From: Deltaproteobacteria bacterium
GTDB lineage: Bacteria; Desulfobacterota; Desulfobaccia; Desulfobaccales; 0-14-0-80-60-11
Assembly (NCBI GenBank): GCA_030655955.1
Contig: JAUSOZ010000187.1
Span: forward strand, 1-47,268
Direction: 5' to 3'
Length of the DNA: 47,268 nucleotides
Under the pieces are notes generated by a model. It did not search any database, was not told the origin of the DNA, and worked only from the letters and a program-made list of their open reading frames with translations. The position numbers and the translations under genes were made by a program. Positions 28,204 to 37,768 of this stretch are shown here, one piece after another (the stretch's first letter is position 1; every line of letters begins with the position of its first letter).

Positions 28204-29661
28204 TCAGCCCGGGAGCGCCTGACGCCGGTCCAAACGGGCGACGCATTCGATGTGGGCGGTGTGGGGGAAGAGATCGAAGGGTTGGATGGTGCCGATTTCG
28301 TAGCGATCCTGGAGGAGGGCCAGGTCCCGGGCCAGGGTGGCGGGGTTGCACGAAACGTAGATGATCCGCCGGGGGGCAACCTCTCGCAGGGCCTCTACCA
28401 CCTGGGGGTGCATGCCGGCCCGGGGCGGGTCGGTGACGACCACATCGGGGCGAGGCTGGCCGCCGGCTCGCAAGGTCTCCCGCAGGCGCTGTTTCAAATC
28501 TCCCGCCAGGAACTGGCAATTTTCCAGGCCATTGAGTCGGCTGTTGGTGTAGGCATCGTTCACGGCCGCCGGGATCAGTTCAAATCCCACCACCCGGCGC
28601 ACGTGAGAGGCCAGGTGCAGGGCGATGCTGCCGGCCCCGCAATAGAGATCCCAGACGGTCTGATCATTGCTGAACTCGCCCAACCGGCTGATGGCGTTAT
28701 ATAAACCTTCGGCCGCGGCGGTATTGGTTTGCAAAAAAGAGTTGGCCGAGATGCGCAAGCACAGATCGCCCAGGTGCTCTTCGATATATCCCGGTCCCCA
28801 CAGGGTGCGGCTGGACTCGCCTACGGCCACCTGGGCCTTGGTCTGACGCCGGGAATGCACCAGGGAGGTGATGACCGGGAAGCGGGCCACCAGGTGGGCG
28901 GCCAACGCCTCCACTACGGCCGGGTCGCCCTGGTCGGTGGTGATGAGATGCACCAGCGTCTGGGCGGTGCGCTTCCCCTCCCGCAGCACCAGGAATCGCC
29001 AGAAGCCCCGATGGGTGTGGGTGTTATAGGCGGCCAGGCCGCTTTGGCCGCACCAGCGGCGCACCTCGGCCACGATGGCCGTCGACTGGGGGGATTGCAG
29101 GAAGCAGTGCTCCAGATTAAAGATCCGGTCAAAAGCCGCCCCCACATGCAGCCCCAGGGCGACGGCGCCCCCAGCCGCGCGGTTTGCCACCGCAGGGTCG
29201 CCAGCTGACAGCCAGGCTCGGGGAGCAAAAGCGAATTCCATTTTGTTGCGATAATAGCGCTGCTCCGGTGAGGCCACCGGCGGCAGAATATCCCCGGGCG
29301 TCAGTCCCGCCAGATGCTGGAGACATTCCTGGACGTGGATCTTTTTCCAGTGCAACTGCTCCTCATAGGCGAGATCCTGCCATTGGCAACCGCCGCAGAG
29401 GCCAAAATGGGGGCAGAAGGGCGGGGCATACGCCGGAGACTGCTCCAGGAGCTGCACGACCTCGGCTTCGGCGAAGCGCGCTTTTTTCCGGGTAATCCGC
29501 ACTCGCACGCGCTGCCCGGGGACGGCGTGCTCCACGAAGACCACGAAACCGTCCACCCGGCCCAGGGCTTTGCCGCCAAAGGCCAGCTTTTCTATGCTCA
29601 GATCGACTTCGGCGCCCTTGGACAGCGAGGCGGATGCGGCCGTTGAATTCGCCGGGGACAT
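28204..29661 (-). CDS. rlmD: 23S rRNA (uracil-C5)-methyltransferase, RlmD/RumA family
   Basis: TRAM-like N-terminus, Fe-S cysteines CPHFGLCGGCQWQ, SAM motif DLYCGAGSIAL, and catalytic YVSCNPATLARD. Confidence 0.85.
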   Translation of the reverse strand: MSPANSTAASASLSKGAEVDLSIEKLAFGGKALGRVDGFVVFVEHAVPGQRVRVRITRKKARFAEAEVVQLLEQSPAYAPPFCPHFGLCGGCQWQDLAYEEQLHWKKIHVQECLQHLAGLTPGDILPPVASPEQRYYRNKMEFAFAPRAWLSAGDPAVANRAAGGAVALGLHVGAAFDRIFNLEHCFLQSPQSTAIVAEVRRWCGQSGLAAYNTHTHRGFWRFLVLREGKRTAQTLVHLITTDQGDPAVVEALAAHLVARFPVITSLVHSRRQTKAQVAVGESSRTLWGPGYIEEHLGDLCLRISANSFLQTNTAAAEGLYNAISRLGEFSNDQTVWDLYCGAGSIALHLASHVRRVVGFELIPAAVNDAYTNSRLNGLENCQFLAGDLKQRLRETLRAGGQPRPDVVVTDPPRAGMHPQVVEALREVAPRRIIYVSCNPATLARDLALLQDRYEIGTIQPFDLFPHTAHIECVARLDRRQALPG

Positions 29662-29964
29662 GTCAAAAAACCTGCAGAGAACGGGACAGGAGTTGAGTAC
29701 AAGGGGCGGCTTTAATGGTTGCCAAAACGCTGGCGGCTTGACTCATGGGGCCCCTGCCGCCAGGTTTGAGACGCCGCCCTGATGCTTCCAGTTTGCCTGA
29801 ATTATCCAGACAACGTATCCGGTGCCCTTACCCGAGCCCATTGACATGCCTACATGATACCAAGATTGAAGCCGCAAAGCAAAATATGGGGATCATGAAC
29901 TAAGCGCCTGACCTGTGGTTCCGGAGGACAAATGAGCTGCAGAAAAATCACCCGGTGCTGGGGA

Positions 29965-30000
29965 GAAAAAATAAAGGGGCCAGCTTTTTGAGCTAACCCC
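29965..30000 (-). terminator. Rho-independent terminator after tRNA-fMet
   Basis: The minus strand reads GGGGTTAGCTCAAAAAGCTGGCCCC followed by TTTATTTTTTC, starting 12 nt after the tRNA 3' end. Confidence 0.55.
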
Positions 30001-30011
30001 TCGGTTTAATT

Positions 30012-30088
<77 letters not shown>

Positions 30089-30104
30089 TCGTTGACGTCT
30101 TGAA

Positions 30105-30133
30105 AATATAACAAGTTGATCCAGCAGAGTCAA
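30105..30133 (-). promoter_or_regulatory. Candidate sigma70 promoter for tRNA-fMet
   Basis: The minus strand has TTGACT, a 17-nt spacer, then TATATT. The -10 ends 16 nt before the tRNA 5' end. Confidence 0.45.
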
Positions 30134-30331
30134 TAAGAAAATGCCCCCCCTGGCAGGGGCCGGCCTGGATAAGCCGCGCGGCCTCAACGCCTCGGGTCCA
30201 TTAACTGCTCTCGATAAAAAGACTTTTTGCCGGTGCAGCCCGGGAGATTATTATGCCGCCCTGGGGGCCCAAGGGCTCACCTGGCCGGCTGGGCCGCTCC
30301 CTACCGCCCCGGCCCGCTGGCGTCCCGAACC

Positions 30332-31588
30332 TTATCCGAGGGGCTCATCCTTAAGATCAATCTCACCGGCGGCAGCCAGGTCACCTTTGAGGTGGGGCAG
30401 CGCCGAGAATATCAGCACCGCCCCGGCAGCCAGGGCCACCAGGGTGAGGGAGACGCCCCATTTGAGGCTGGCCAGGTCCGAGACCCAGCCGATGAGCAGC
30501 GGGGAAGGCACATCTCCCACCAGGTGAATGACCACGATGTTCAGAGCCACCGCCTGGGCCCGGCGCCAGGGGCCCGCCACGCTCACCACCACCGCGGTGA
30601 GCACCCCGGGGTTCAGGAACAGGAGGAAAATCGCCCCGGCCAGGGCCGGAATATAGAGCGCCGGGGCCGCCACGAAGATGACCACCGCCGCCAGGGGGAG
30701 AGCCAGCACAATTCCCAGACCACTCACCCATAGGGGGGCTCTTAGGGTGTAGCTCAGCAGGCGAGACCCCAGGAACCCGCCGGTCAAAATCCCCAATCCT
30801 CCCGCCCCAGCCACTGAAAAAGATAATATTTGGTTGGCCTGGGCCAGGGTGAGCCCCTTGACTTCGTGCAGATAGATGGGCATCCAGAGTGCCAAGCCCC
30901 CCAGGGCAAAGGTCACCATGCCGTAGCCCAGGGTTACCCGCCGCAGGGTGGGAACCTTGAAGAGCCCCCAGTAAGCCGTCAGGGGGGACCACGTGGTCGT
31001 GACGGTTGTGCCGGCCGCCGGCTCCGACCTGACTTCACGTAAGAGGAAAATCAGCCCGGCCATGGCCAGCCCCGGCAGGCCGGCCAACAGAAAGGCCGGA
31101 CGCCAGCCCCAGGAGTAGGTGCCCACGAGCTTGCCCACCATATAGGCCAGGGCGGCGCCCAGGGGCAGGGCCAGGTAAAACAGGCCCAACGCCCGGGACC
31201 GGCGCTTCATGGGCAGGAGGTCCGCCAGGTAAGCCGGGGCCAGGGTGCCGAAAGAGGCCTCTCCCACCCCCACCAGACCCCGGGCCGCCACCAGGAAGGG
31301 ATAAGACGGCACCCAGAAGGTCAGGCTGGTGGCCAGGCTCCACAACACCGCCCCGCCGGCCATGAGGCGGAGGCGGCCCCAGCGGTCCCCCAGGTAGCCG
31401 AACAGGGGCGAAGTCACGAAATATACCAGGATAAAGGCGGTCCCCAAAAACCCGAACGCGGTGTTGGATAAGCCCAGGTCGGCCTTCATCAAGGGGCCCA
31501 GAGAGGCCACCAGGTAGCGGTCCAGATAGTCCAGGAGGTTGAGGCCGGTGAGGATAAGCAGGGCTCGGGTGGTCAGGGACATGGACAT
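30332..31588 (-). CDS. MFS transporter
   Basis: A 418-aa protein with about 12 TM segments and the MFS loop motif GYLGDRWGRLRLM. Confidence 0.8.
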   Translation of the reverse strand: MSMSLTTRALLILTGLNLLDYLDRYLVASLGPLMKADLGLSNTAFGFLGTAFILVYFVTSPLFGYLGDRWGRLRLMAGGAVLWSLATSLTFWVPSYPFLVAARGLVGVGEASFGTLAPAYLADLLPMKRRSRALGLFYLALPLGAALAYMVGKLVGTYSWGWRPAFLLAGLPGLAMAGLIFLLREVRSEPAAGTTVTTTWSPLTAYWGLFKVPTLRRVTLGYGMVTFALGGLALWMPIYLHEVKGLTLAQANQILSFSVAGAGGLGILTGGFLGSRLLSYTLRAPLWVSGLGIVLALPLAAVVIFVAAPALYIPALAGAIFLLFLNPGVLTAVVVSVAGPWRRAQAVALNIVVIHLVGDVPSPLLIGWVSDLASLKWGVSLTLVALAAGAVLIFSALPHLKGDLAAAGEIDLKDEPLG

Positions 31589-31599
31589 GGGTCGGACTT

Positions 31600-32508
31600 T
31601 TACCTGGCGTCAATAATGGGCAGGCGCGCCGTCTTTTCCCGGTGGGCCTTTACGTCAGGATCGTACCACAAAAGATTCCGGCCCTTGACTTCGCTGACAT
31701 CCCGGGCCCGATACCATCTCCTCCTGTAGGGAAAAGAGGGCACATAGCCATAACCGGCTAAAAGTTCCTGGATTTCGTGCTTATCCGTTCCCGAGGCCGC
31801 CAGGGTTTCGGCTTTCATTTCTACCAGCACCAAGGGCCGGGAAACCGCCAGCATCTCCCGGGCGCCCCGGAGCACAAATAATTCCGCCCCCTCCACATCG
31901 ATTTTGATAAAGTCCGGGCCGGGCAAACCATGCGATGGGGCGAATCCGTCCAAAGATACCGTCCGACAGATTTCCTGGGCCGTTACCTCAGGCCCGGCGC
32001 CGTATAAGCTGGCGCAGCCATCGGCAGTCTCGGCAGCCAGATGCAGGGCCGCCTCCCCTTCCCGGTCGGTCACGGCCAGGTTAAAGGTGGTTATATTGCG
32101 AAAAGGATTGAGGCCAATATTGTCCATGAGCCTGGCATAGGCCACCTGGCCCGGTTCAAAGGCAATAACCCGGCCGCTCTGCTGCAAGGTCGCCGCCGCC
32201 AGCAACGCAAAGTAGCCGATATTGGCCCCAATGTCCCAGAAGATTTCGCCTTTATCCAGCACGCGGCGAATCATCTTCGCTTCATACCTTTCGTCATAAT
32301 CCCCGTAAAAATACATGCGCCGCTGCACCGCATCCTGTAAATCGAGCTTCATGGCGAAGCCGGCATCCAGGGCCACGGTAACGAAACGCTCGGGCGGGGT
32401 GAGCCGCGGGGACAGGCGTTGGTAGAAGAACGTCTTGCCGTCCCGCAGGGGAAATTTGCGCAGGTACCAGCGGAGGATATCGCGGCTTGTAGAGGAAAAC
32501 CAATGCAT
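31600..32508 (-). CDS. FkbM-family methyltransferase
   Basis: FWDIGANIGYFALLAA, VIAFEP and FIKIDVEGAE blocks. The start is set at ATG 32508 because the longer ORF overlaps the aroA 3' end. Confidence 0.75.
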   Translation of the reverse strand: MHWFSSTSRDILRWYLRKFPLRDGKTFFYQRLSPRLTPPERFVTVALDAGFAMKLDLQDAVQRRMYFYGDYDERYEAKMIRRVLDKGEIFWDIGANIGYFALLAAATLQQSGRVIAFEPGQVAYARLMDNIGLNPFRNITTFNLAVTDREGEAALHLAAETADGCASLYGAGPEVTAQEICRTVSLDGFAPSHGLPGPDFIKIDVEGAELFVLRGAREMLAVSRPLVLVEMKAETLAASGTDKHEIQELLAGYGYVPSFPYRRRWYRARDVSEVKGRNLLWYDPDVKAHREKTARLPIIDAR

Positions 32509-32542
32509 GGCTCGGCGTCCCAGGACGGTGAGAAAATCCAGG

Positions 32543-33796
32543 TTAGAGCTGCTTAAAAAACTGCCAGAAATCCGGGAAAGATTTGGCGACGCACTCGGGG
32601 TCCTCAATGGCCACGCCCGGGATCTTGAGGCCAGCCACCGCGAAGCTCATGGCGATGCGGTGGTCGCTATATGTGTGAATGACCGCTCCCTTAGGTGTTC
32701 CCCCCCGGATGACCAGGCCGTCTGGGGTTTCCCGGGCCTCGATGCCCAGCTTGCCCAGCTCCGTCGCCACCGCATGCAGGCGGTCCGACTCCTTGTGGCG
32801 CAGGTGGGCCACCCCGGTGATAACGGTGTCGCCTGCCGCGAAAGCGGCCAGCACCGCCAGGGTGGGGACCAGGTCCGGCATGGTAGACATGTCCACCGTG
32901 ACCCCCTGCAGCGGTCCGCCCTGAACCGTCAACCCCGACGGGGTAGATTCGATGGTGCAGCCCATCCGCCCCAACACCTCGGGGAAGGCCGCATCGCCCT
33001 GGCTGGACTCCAGGCTCAGGTTGGTGATGGTGACCCGCCCGCCGGTTAGAGCCGCCGCGGCCCAGAAATACGAGGCGCTGGAGGCGTCGGCCTCGATGAC
33101 ATAGTCCTGGGGCAGATAACACTGGCCGCCGGGAAGCTCAAACAAGCGGTAGCCTTCCCGGTAATAAGAGATGCCAAAATCGCCCAGCACCTCCAGGGTC
33201 AGGTCCACGTAGGGCCGGGACACCAGCTCGCCGGTGATTTCGATTTCCAGGCCCTTCGGCGCCAGGGGCCCGATGAACAGCAGGGCCGAGAGGTACTGGC
33301 TGCTGATGGCTCCGGAAAGCTGGGCTTTGCCACCGGTGAGGCCGCCGGTGACCCGCACCGGGGGGCAGCCGTCGCCTCTCTCGGAGACGGCCCGGACCCC
33401 CGCCTGGCCCAGCGCCTCCAGCAACTCCCCCAAGGGCCGCTGGCAGAGGCGCTCGGTGCCGGTCAAGAGATACTCGCCCTCTCCCAAGGCCGCCAGGGCC
33501 GTGAGGAAGCGCATGGAGGTGCCGGAGTTGCCCAGGTAAATGGGCAGCGGCGCCGGCAGCCAGCGGCCGCGGCGCCCTGTTACCCGGATGGTAGTGCCCT
33601 GCCAGTCGATCCCGGCCCCCAACTGCGCCAGGGCGGCGGCGGTGAGTTCGGTGTCTTCGGCGGCCAGGGCGTTGGTGAGGATGCTTTCCCCCGCGGCCAG
33701 GGCCGCAGCCATCAAGGCGCGGTGGGTGTAGCTCTTGGACCCGGGCAGGGTGAGAGTGGCCTGGACTTGCTTACAGGGGGTGATTTCTTGGGCCAT
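32543..33796 (-). CDS. aroA: 3-phosphoshikimate 1-carboxyvinyltransferase (EPSP synthase)
   Basis: LPGSKSYTHRALMAAALA, LGNSGTSMRFL, and DHRIAMSFAVAGL near the C-terminus. Confidence 0.95.
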   Translation of the reverse strand: MAQEITPCKQVQATLTLPGSKSYTHRALMAAALAAGESILTNALAAEDTELTAAALAQLGAGIDWQGTTIRVTGRRGRWLPAPLPIYLGNSGTSMRFLTALAALGEGEYLLTGTERLCQRPLGELLEALGQAGVRAVSERGDGCPPVRVTGGLTGGKAQLSGAISSQYLSALLFIGPLAPKGLEIEITGELVSRPYVDLTLEVLGDFGISYYREGYRLFELPGGQCYLPQDYVIEADASSASYFWAAAALTGGRVTITNLSLESSQGDAAFPEVLGRMGCTIESTPSGLTVQGGPLQGVTVDMSTMPDLVPTLAVLAAFAAGDTVITGVAHLRHKESDRLHAVATELGKLGIEARETPDGLVIRGGTPKGAVIHTYSDHRIAMSFAVAGLKIPGVAIEDPECVAKSFPDFWQFFKQL

Positions 33797-33818
33797 GATT
33801 CCCTAAGTCAGCCTGTCG

Positions 33819-33937
33819 GGTGGGCACCGCCCACCTTCAACGTCATAGGAGACGGGCAGTGCCCGACCTGCATTTCTGTTTGGGCAGTTTTTTTCTGCCT
33901 ATGGTCTGAAAAGCAGGGCGGACACATGGGTCCGCCC
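33819..33937. repeat. GC-rich hairpins in the aroE-aroA spacer
   Basis: GGTGGGCACCGCCCACC (33819..33835) and GGGCGGACACATGGGTCCGCCC (33916..33937, abutting the aroE stop). A GGGCGG..CCGCCC-type motif is also seen near 15783 and 40354. Confidence 0.65.
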
Positions 33938-34756
33938 CTACGGCTTCGTTCCCAAAGCCTGATAAGCGGCCCGGGCCATGACCTCCGCCGGGGCTTCTTG
34001 ACCCGTCCACAGCTCAAACTGGGCCGTGGCCTGGTGAATGAGCATCTGGAGGCCGTCGATGGTGGCGCAGCCATGCACCTCAGCTTCCCGGAGCAGCCGG
34101 GTTTGTAAGGGCTGGTAGACGATATCCATGACGACCTCAAAACGGCCCAGCCGGTCCGGGTCGATGGGAATGCCGTCCAGATCCGGAGCCATGCCCACGG
34201 GGGTGGCATTCACCAGGATGGTGGCGGGGCAATCCCCCACGGTGTTCAAGGGGATGGCTTCGCCCCCCAAATCTTTGACTAAAGCCGCGGCGCGGGCTTG
34301 GTCCACATCCGTCAGGCTGACCCGGGCCCCTTTCTGGATAATGCCATAGGCGATGGCCCGGGAGGCGCCCCCGGCCCCCAGGATAAGGACATGCCGCCCC
34401 TTGAGGCCGACTTTGGCCGTGAGCGCGGTCACCGCCCCCAGCCAGTCGGTATTGTAGCCGGTGAGCCGGCCGTCCCGGTTGACCACGGTGTTCACCGCCC
34501 CGATCCTGCCGGCCTGGGGGTCCAGGTCATCGATCAGAGGAATAATCTCTTCCTTAAAGGGGATGGTGACGCTCACCCCGCCGATCCCCAACCCCCGGAG
34601 GCCGGACACGGCCTGGGCCAGGTCGGTGACCGGAAAGGCCACGTAGGCCGCATTGATCCCCAGGTGGCGGAAGGCGGCGTTGTGCATGACCGGGCTCAGG
34701 GAGTGGGCCACGGGCCGCCCCAGGATGCCGAAGATTTTTGTCTGGCCGTTGATCAT
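33938..34756 (-). CDS. aroE: Shikimate dehydrogenase
   Basis: ILGRPVAHSLSPVMHNAAF, VTIPFKE, GAGGASRA. The start is set at ATG 34756 (MINGQTK). The upstream part of the ORF is the translation of a family B repeat. Confidence 0.9.
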   Translation of the reverse strand: MINGQTKIFGILGRPVAHSLSPVMHNAAFRHLGINAAYVAFPVTDLAQAVSGLRGLGIGGVSVTIPFKEEIIPLIDDLDPQAGRIGAVNTVVNRDGRLTGYNTDWLGAVTALTAKVGLKGRHVLILGAGGASRAIAYGIIQKGARVSLTDVDQARAAALVKDLGGEAIPLNTVGDCPATILVNATPVGMAPDLDGIPIDPDRLGRFEVVMDIVYQPLQTRLLREAEVHGCATIDGLQMLIHQATAQFELWTGQEAPAEVMARAAYQALGTKP

Positions 34757-34780
34757 TTTGCGTGTGCCGCTGGCAGAGCG

Positions 34781-34830
34781 ATGGTGCGCAGTGCGCACCC
34801 TACACGGCTAACTGCTAATAGCTAACCGCT
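34781..34830. repeat. Family B hairpin plus family D repeat
   Basis: ATGGTGCGCAGTGCGCACCCTAC (34781..34803) and GGCTAACTGCTAATAGCTAACCGCT (34806..34830) lie between aroD and aroE. Confidence 0.75.
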
Positions 34831-35545
34831 ACTTTAAAGTGTTCCACACCCGCTTGAGGTCGTTCACCGTGAGCTGGCCCGGGGCCGAGGCCCTTTGTTT
34901 GCTGAAAGGGGCGAAGGTAAGCCAACTCCCCAAAAGCGGCGCCGCGAGCCGGGACCATTTCCCCAACGGCCCCATGCAAAAGGCAATGACGTCCTTGCCT
35001 TGGGCCTGAGCCCGGGGGATGAGGGAGAGCATCCGCAGGTTGTCGGCCGGCTCCCGGGCCAGGGCCACCAGTTTGACCACGTCGGCGTCCGCGGCCAGAA
35101 TCTCATCTAAGACCGCGTCCAGCCGGGCCGCGTCCGGGGTGCCGGCAAAGTCGTGCCAGGACAGGATGAGCCGGGTCTTGCCCCGGCGGGCCCAAATCTC
35201 CCGGCGGAAGCTCGCGTCCGCGGCCAGTTCCACATCCAGGCAGGTCACACCCAGATCCAGGGCTTGCGCCAGGAGGGCCAAGCGTCCCACCTCAGTCCCG
35301 GTCCAGCGCCCGCCTTCCGCAGCCATGCGGTTGGTGGCGATCACCGGCCCCGGCAGGCTCCGGAAGAGTTTTTGTAGGTCCGGGGCCGGCTCTTCCAGAT
35401 AATCCAGGCGGATCTCGGTCCACAAGCCCTTGCGCGCCGCCCGCTGGTACTTGCCCCGGGCCCGGTTGACCGTGGCCTCAACCACCGGCACGCAAATGCG
35501 GAGAGAAGGTTTCCGGTTTTCCGTTTTCTGTTTTCTGTGGGGCAT
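34829..35545 (-). CDS. aroD: 3-dehydroquinate dehydratase, type I
   Basis: LRICVPVV, a DYLEEP-type block, DVVKLVALA, and a C-terminal APGQL. The start is ambiguous between ATG 35545 and GTG 35560. The first ~10 codons are encoded by a heptamer repeat array. Confidence 0.8.
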   Translation of the reverse strand: MPHRKQKTENRKPSLRICVPVVEATVNRARGKYQRAARKGLWTEIRLDYLEEPAPDLQKLFRSLPGPVIATNRMAAEGGRWTGTEVGRLALLAQALDLGVTCLDVELAADASFRREIWARRGKTRLILSWHDFAGTPDAARLDAVLDEILAADADVVKLVALAREPADNLRMLSLIPRAQAQGKDVIAFCMGPLGKWSRLAAPLLGSWLTFAPFSKQRASAPGQLTVNDLKRVWNTLK

Positions 35546-35658
35546 TTTCCTTGATGACACGTCCTTTTTGAAATTTAAACATGTTGAATTAATTACAAAT
35601 TACCACGAATTCTTCCAGGTGAACGTTACCCCCTAACGGAAAACGGAAAACAGAAAAC
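35516..35658. repeat. Inverted arrays of three 7-nt-spaced GAAAAC units flanking a 103-bp AT-rich spacer
   Basis: GTTTTC occurs at 35516, 35523 and 35530. GAAAAC occurs at 35639, 35646 and 35653. A further two-unit GAAAAC array lies at 14755..14767. Confidence 0.75.
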
Positions 35659-35660
35659 GG

Positions 35661-36761
35661 TCAACTGAGGTTCTCCACCCCGGCGGCCCGGGGAAAGGAG
35701 CCCAGGAGTTTGAAGTGGGCGCTGATGGCCTCCACTTCCTCCAGGGCCTGCCCTACCTGGGTTTCGGTGGTGTGGCCGTCCACGTCCACAAAGAACAGAT
35801 AGCGCCAGGCCTCGTTTTTGGCCGGTCGCGAGACGATGCGGGTCATGTTGAGTTCCCGTTCCGCCAGGGGGCGCAGGGTTTTATACAGGGCCCCGGGGAT
35901 ATTGTCCACCGCAAACAGGATGGAGGTCTTGTCCTTGCCGGTGGGTCCGGGGGCATCAGCCCCGATGACAAAGAAGTGGGTGACGTTGCCGGGGTTGTCC
36001 TCGATGCGGGCCTCCACCACCCGCAGGTCATACAGGGGCGCGGCGAAGGCGCTGGCAATGGCCGCGGCGTTGGGGTTTTTGGCCGCCTTCTGGGCCGCCA
36101 CCCCGGTGGAGGCCACCTCCAGGATGGGAATATCGCCCAAATGGGTCCCCAGCCAGCGGCGGCACTGGGCGTGGGCCTGGGGGTGGGTGTAAATGACCTC
36201 GATATCGGCCCGCTGCCCGGACTTGGACACCAGGTCGTGAGACACTTCCAGATAGATTTCCCCGCAGATCTTCACCGAGGTCTCGGCAAACAGGTCCATG
36301 GAGATGTTGACGATGCCTTCGGTGGAATTCTCGATGGGCACCACCCCGTATTGGAACTTGCCCTTCTCCACTTCGGTAAAGACCTCCTGGATAGTACTCA
36401 TGGGGCCATAGCGGGTGGCCCGGCCGAATTTTTTCAGGGCCGCCAGGTGGGAGAAGGTGGCCTCGGGCCCCAAAAACGCCACCCCGAAGGGCATCTGGAC
36501 CTCCCGGGCGGCGGAGATGATCTCCCGGAAGATATTGCGCAGGGCCGAGGGGCTCAAGGGGCCAGGGTTCAGGTGCATGAGATGGGCCAAAACTTCCTCT
36601 TCCCGCTGAAAATCCAGGGTGCCCCGGCCTTCCCGGTTTTTGATGCGCCCGATGGCCTGGGCCAGGGTCTGGCGCTGATTCAGCAGGTTCAGGAGTTCCT
36701 GGTCCAGGGCGTCAATCCGGCTTCGGATGGCTTCTTTTTCCGTTTTTTCCATAATAGTCAT
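35661..36761 (-). CDS. pheA: Bifunctional chorismate mutase / prephenate dehydratase (P-protein)
   Basis: N-terminal CM helix IDALDQELLNLLNQRQTLAQAIGRIK, PDT domain VAFLGPEATFSH, and a C-terminal ACT region. The ATGA overlaps the upstream stop. Confidence 0.9.
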   Translation of the reverse strand: MTIMEKTEKEAIRSRIDALDQELLNLLNQRQTLAQAIGRIKNREGRGTLDFQREEEVLAHLMHLNPGPLSPSALRNIFREIISAAREVQMPFGVAFLGPEATFSHLAALKKFGRATRYGPMSTIQEVFTEVEKGKFQYGVVPIENSTEGIVNISMDLFAETSVKICGEIYLEVSHDLVSKSGQRADIEVIYTHPQAHAQCRRWLGTHLGDIPILEVASTGVAAQKAAKNPNAAAIASAFAAPLYDLRVVEARIEDNPGNVTHFFVIGADAPGPTGKDKTSILFAVDNIPGALYKTLRPLAERELNMTRIVSRPAKNEAWRYLFFVDVDGHTTETQVGQALEEVEAISAHFKLLGSFPRAAGVENLS

Positions 36762-37768
36762 TTCTCCAGGATGGTTTCCTGGATTTTGTGGCCGAAGTGG
36801 CGGCCCGTCTCTTCCAGGGCTACCAGCACTTCATCCCCAGGTTGTAACGTCACAATGGACACGGCCTCGCCGCTGGCGCGGGTGAGGCGGATGGTTTCGG
36901 CGTTCTGCAAAATGGTGGCGATCTCCCGGCCGCCGGCGTCGGCGGCCACCAGCATCAGGGGGCGGCGCTCCACCTTGACCCGGCCCACCACCGCCGGGGT
37001 GGTGCGCCCCTGGTGATTAACCACCAGGACTTCGTCCCCGGCCGCCAGTTCCCCCAGGTACCTGGTCTTGTCCCCGGTGACCCGGATATAGGCGTGCACG
37101 GGTCCGGCGTTGACCCTAAAGGGCCGGGGGGCGACATAAGGGTTTTCCAGGGATTCGGCATGCACCAGGAACAGGCCCCCGGAGGAGTTGCCCACCAGCA
37201 TGCCCTCCCCCAGGCCCAGGTTGCTGCAGGTATCGACGCAGACCCGGTCGCCCATCCCCAGGGGCTTAAGTGAGGTGATCCTGGCGGTGGTCAAGGTCAC
37301 CGGCGGTGAGGCTTCTTTCACCAGGCGGGCGATTTTTTTGATCATAGCCGGCGTCGCCTCGGTAACCACCAGGCCGTCCACCCCTTTTTCCAGCACCCCC
37401 AGGGCGGTGCGGGCCGCGTCCTCATCGCTGACCTCAACGAAGATGTTGTGCGTCTGGGCCACCAGGTTTTCCAAAGGAATGATGCTCCAGTCGGGGGTGT
37501 GCACCACTACCGGTCCCTGGCGGGCCAGGCGGATGACCTCGGCCTCATCGGCGGTACTTGAAATCGCCACTTCCTGGACGTCTCGGCCCGGCACCAGGTC
37601 GCCGTCCGGCGCCACCACAGTGATGAGCCCCAGGGCCTTAACCGCCTCGGTCCGGCCTTGGGGAACCCACACTGCGTCCGCCCCGCTCTCCAGGGCAGTG
37701 GTCACGAGCTTTTTGTCCCAGGGGTCAACTTTGACCCATAGCTGTTTCATAGCGGCGTCCCGGCTCAC
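36758..37768 (-). CDS. 3-dehydroquinate synthase II (archaeal-type)
   Basis: [29 protein letters not shown] and the overall ~336-aa layout match the DHQS-II family and are unrelated to AroB. A 4-nt overlap links it to the upstream gene. Confidence 0.85.
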   Translation of the reverse strand: MSRDAAMKQLWVKVDPWDKKLVTTALESGADAVWVPQGRTEAVKALGLITVVAPDGDLVPGRDVQEVAISSTADEAEVIRLARQGPVVVHTPDWSIIPLENLVAQTHNIFVEVSDEDAARTALGVLEKGVDGLVVTEATPAMIKKIARLVKEASPPVTLTTARITSLKPLGMGDRVCVDTCSNLGLGEGMLVGNSSGGLFLVHAESLENPYVAPRPFRVNAGPVHAYIRVTGDKTRYLGELAAGDEVLVVNHQGRTTPAVVGRVKVERRPLMLVAADAGGREIATILQNAETIRLTRASGEAVSIVTLQPGDEVLVALEETGRHFGHKIQETILEK

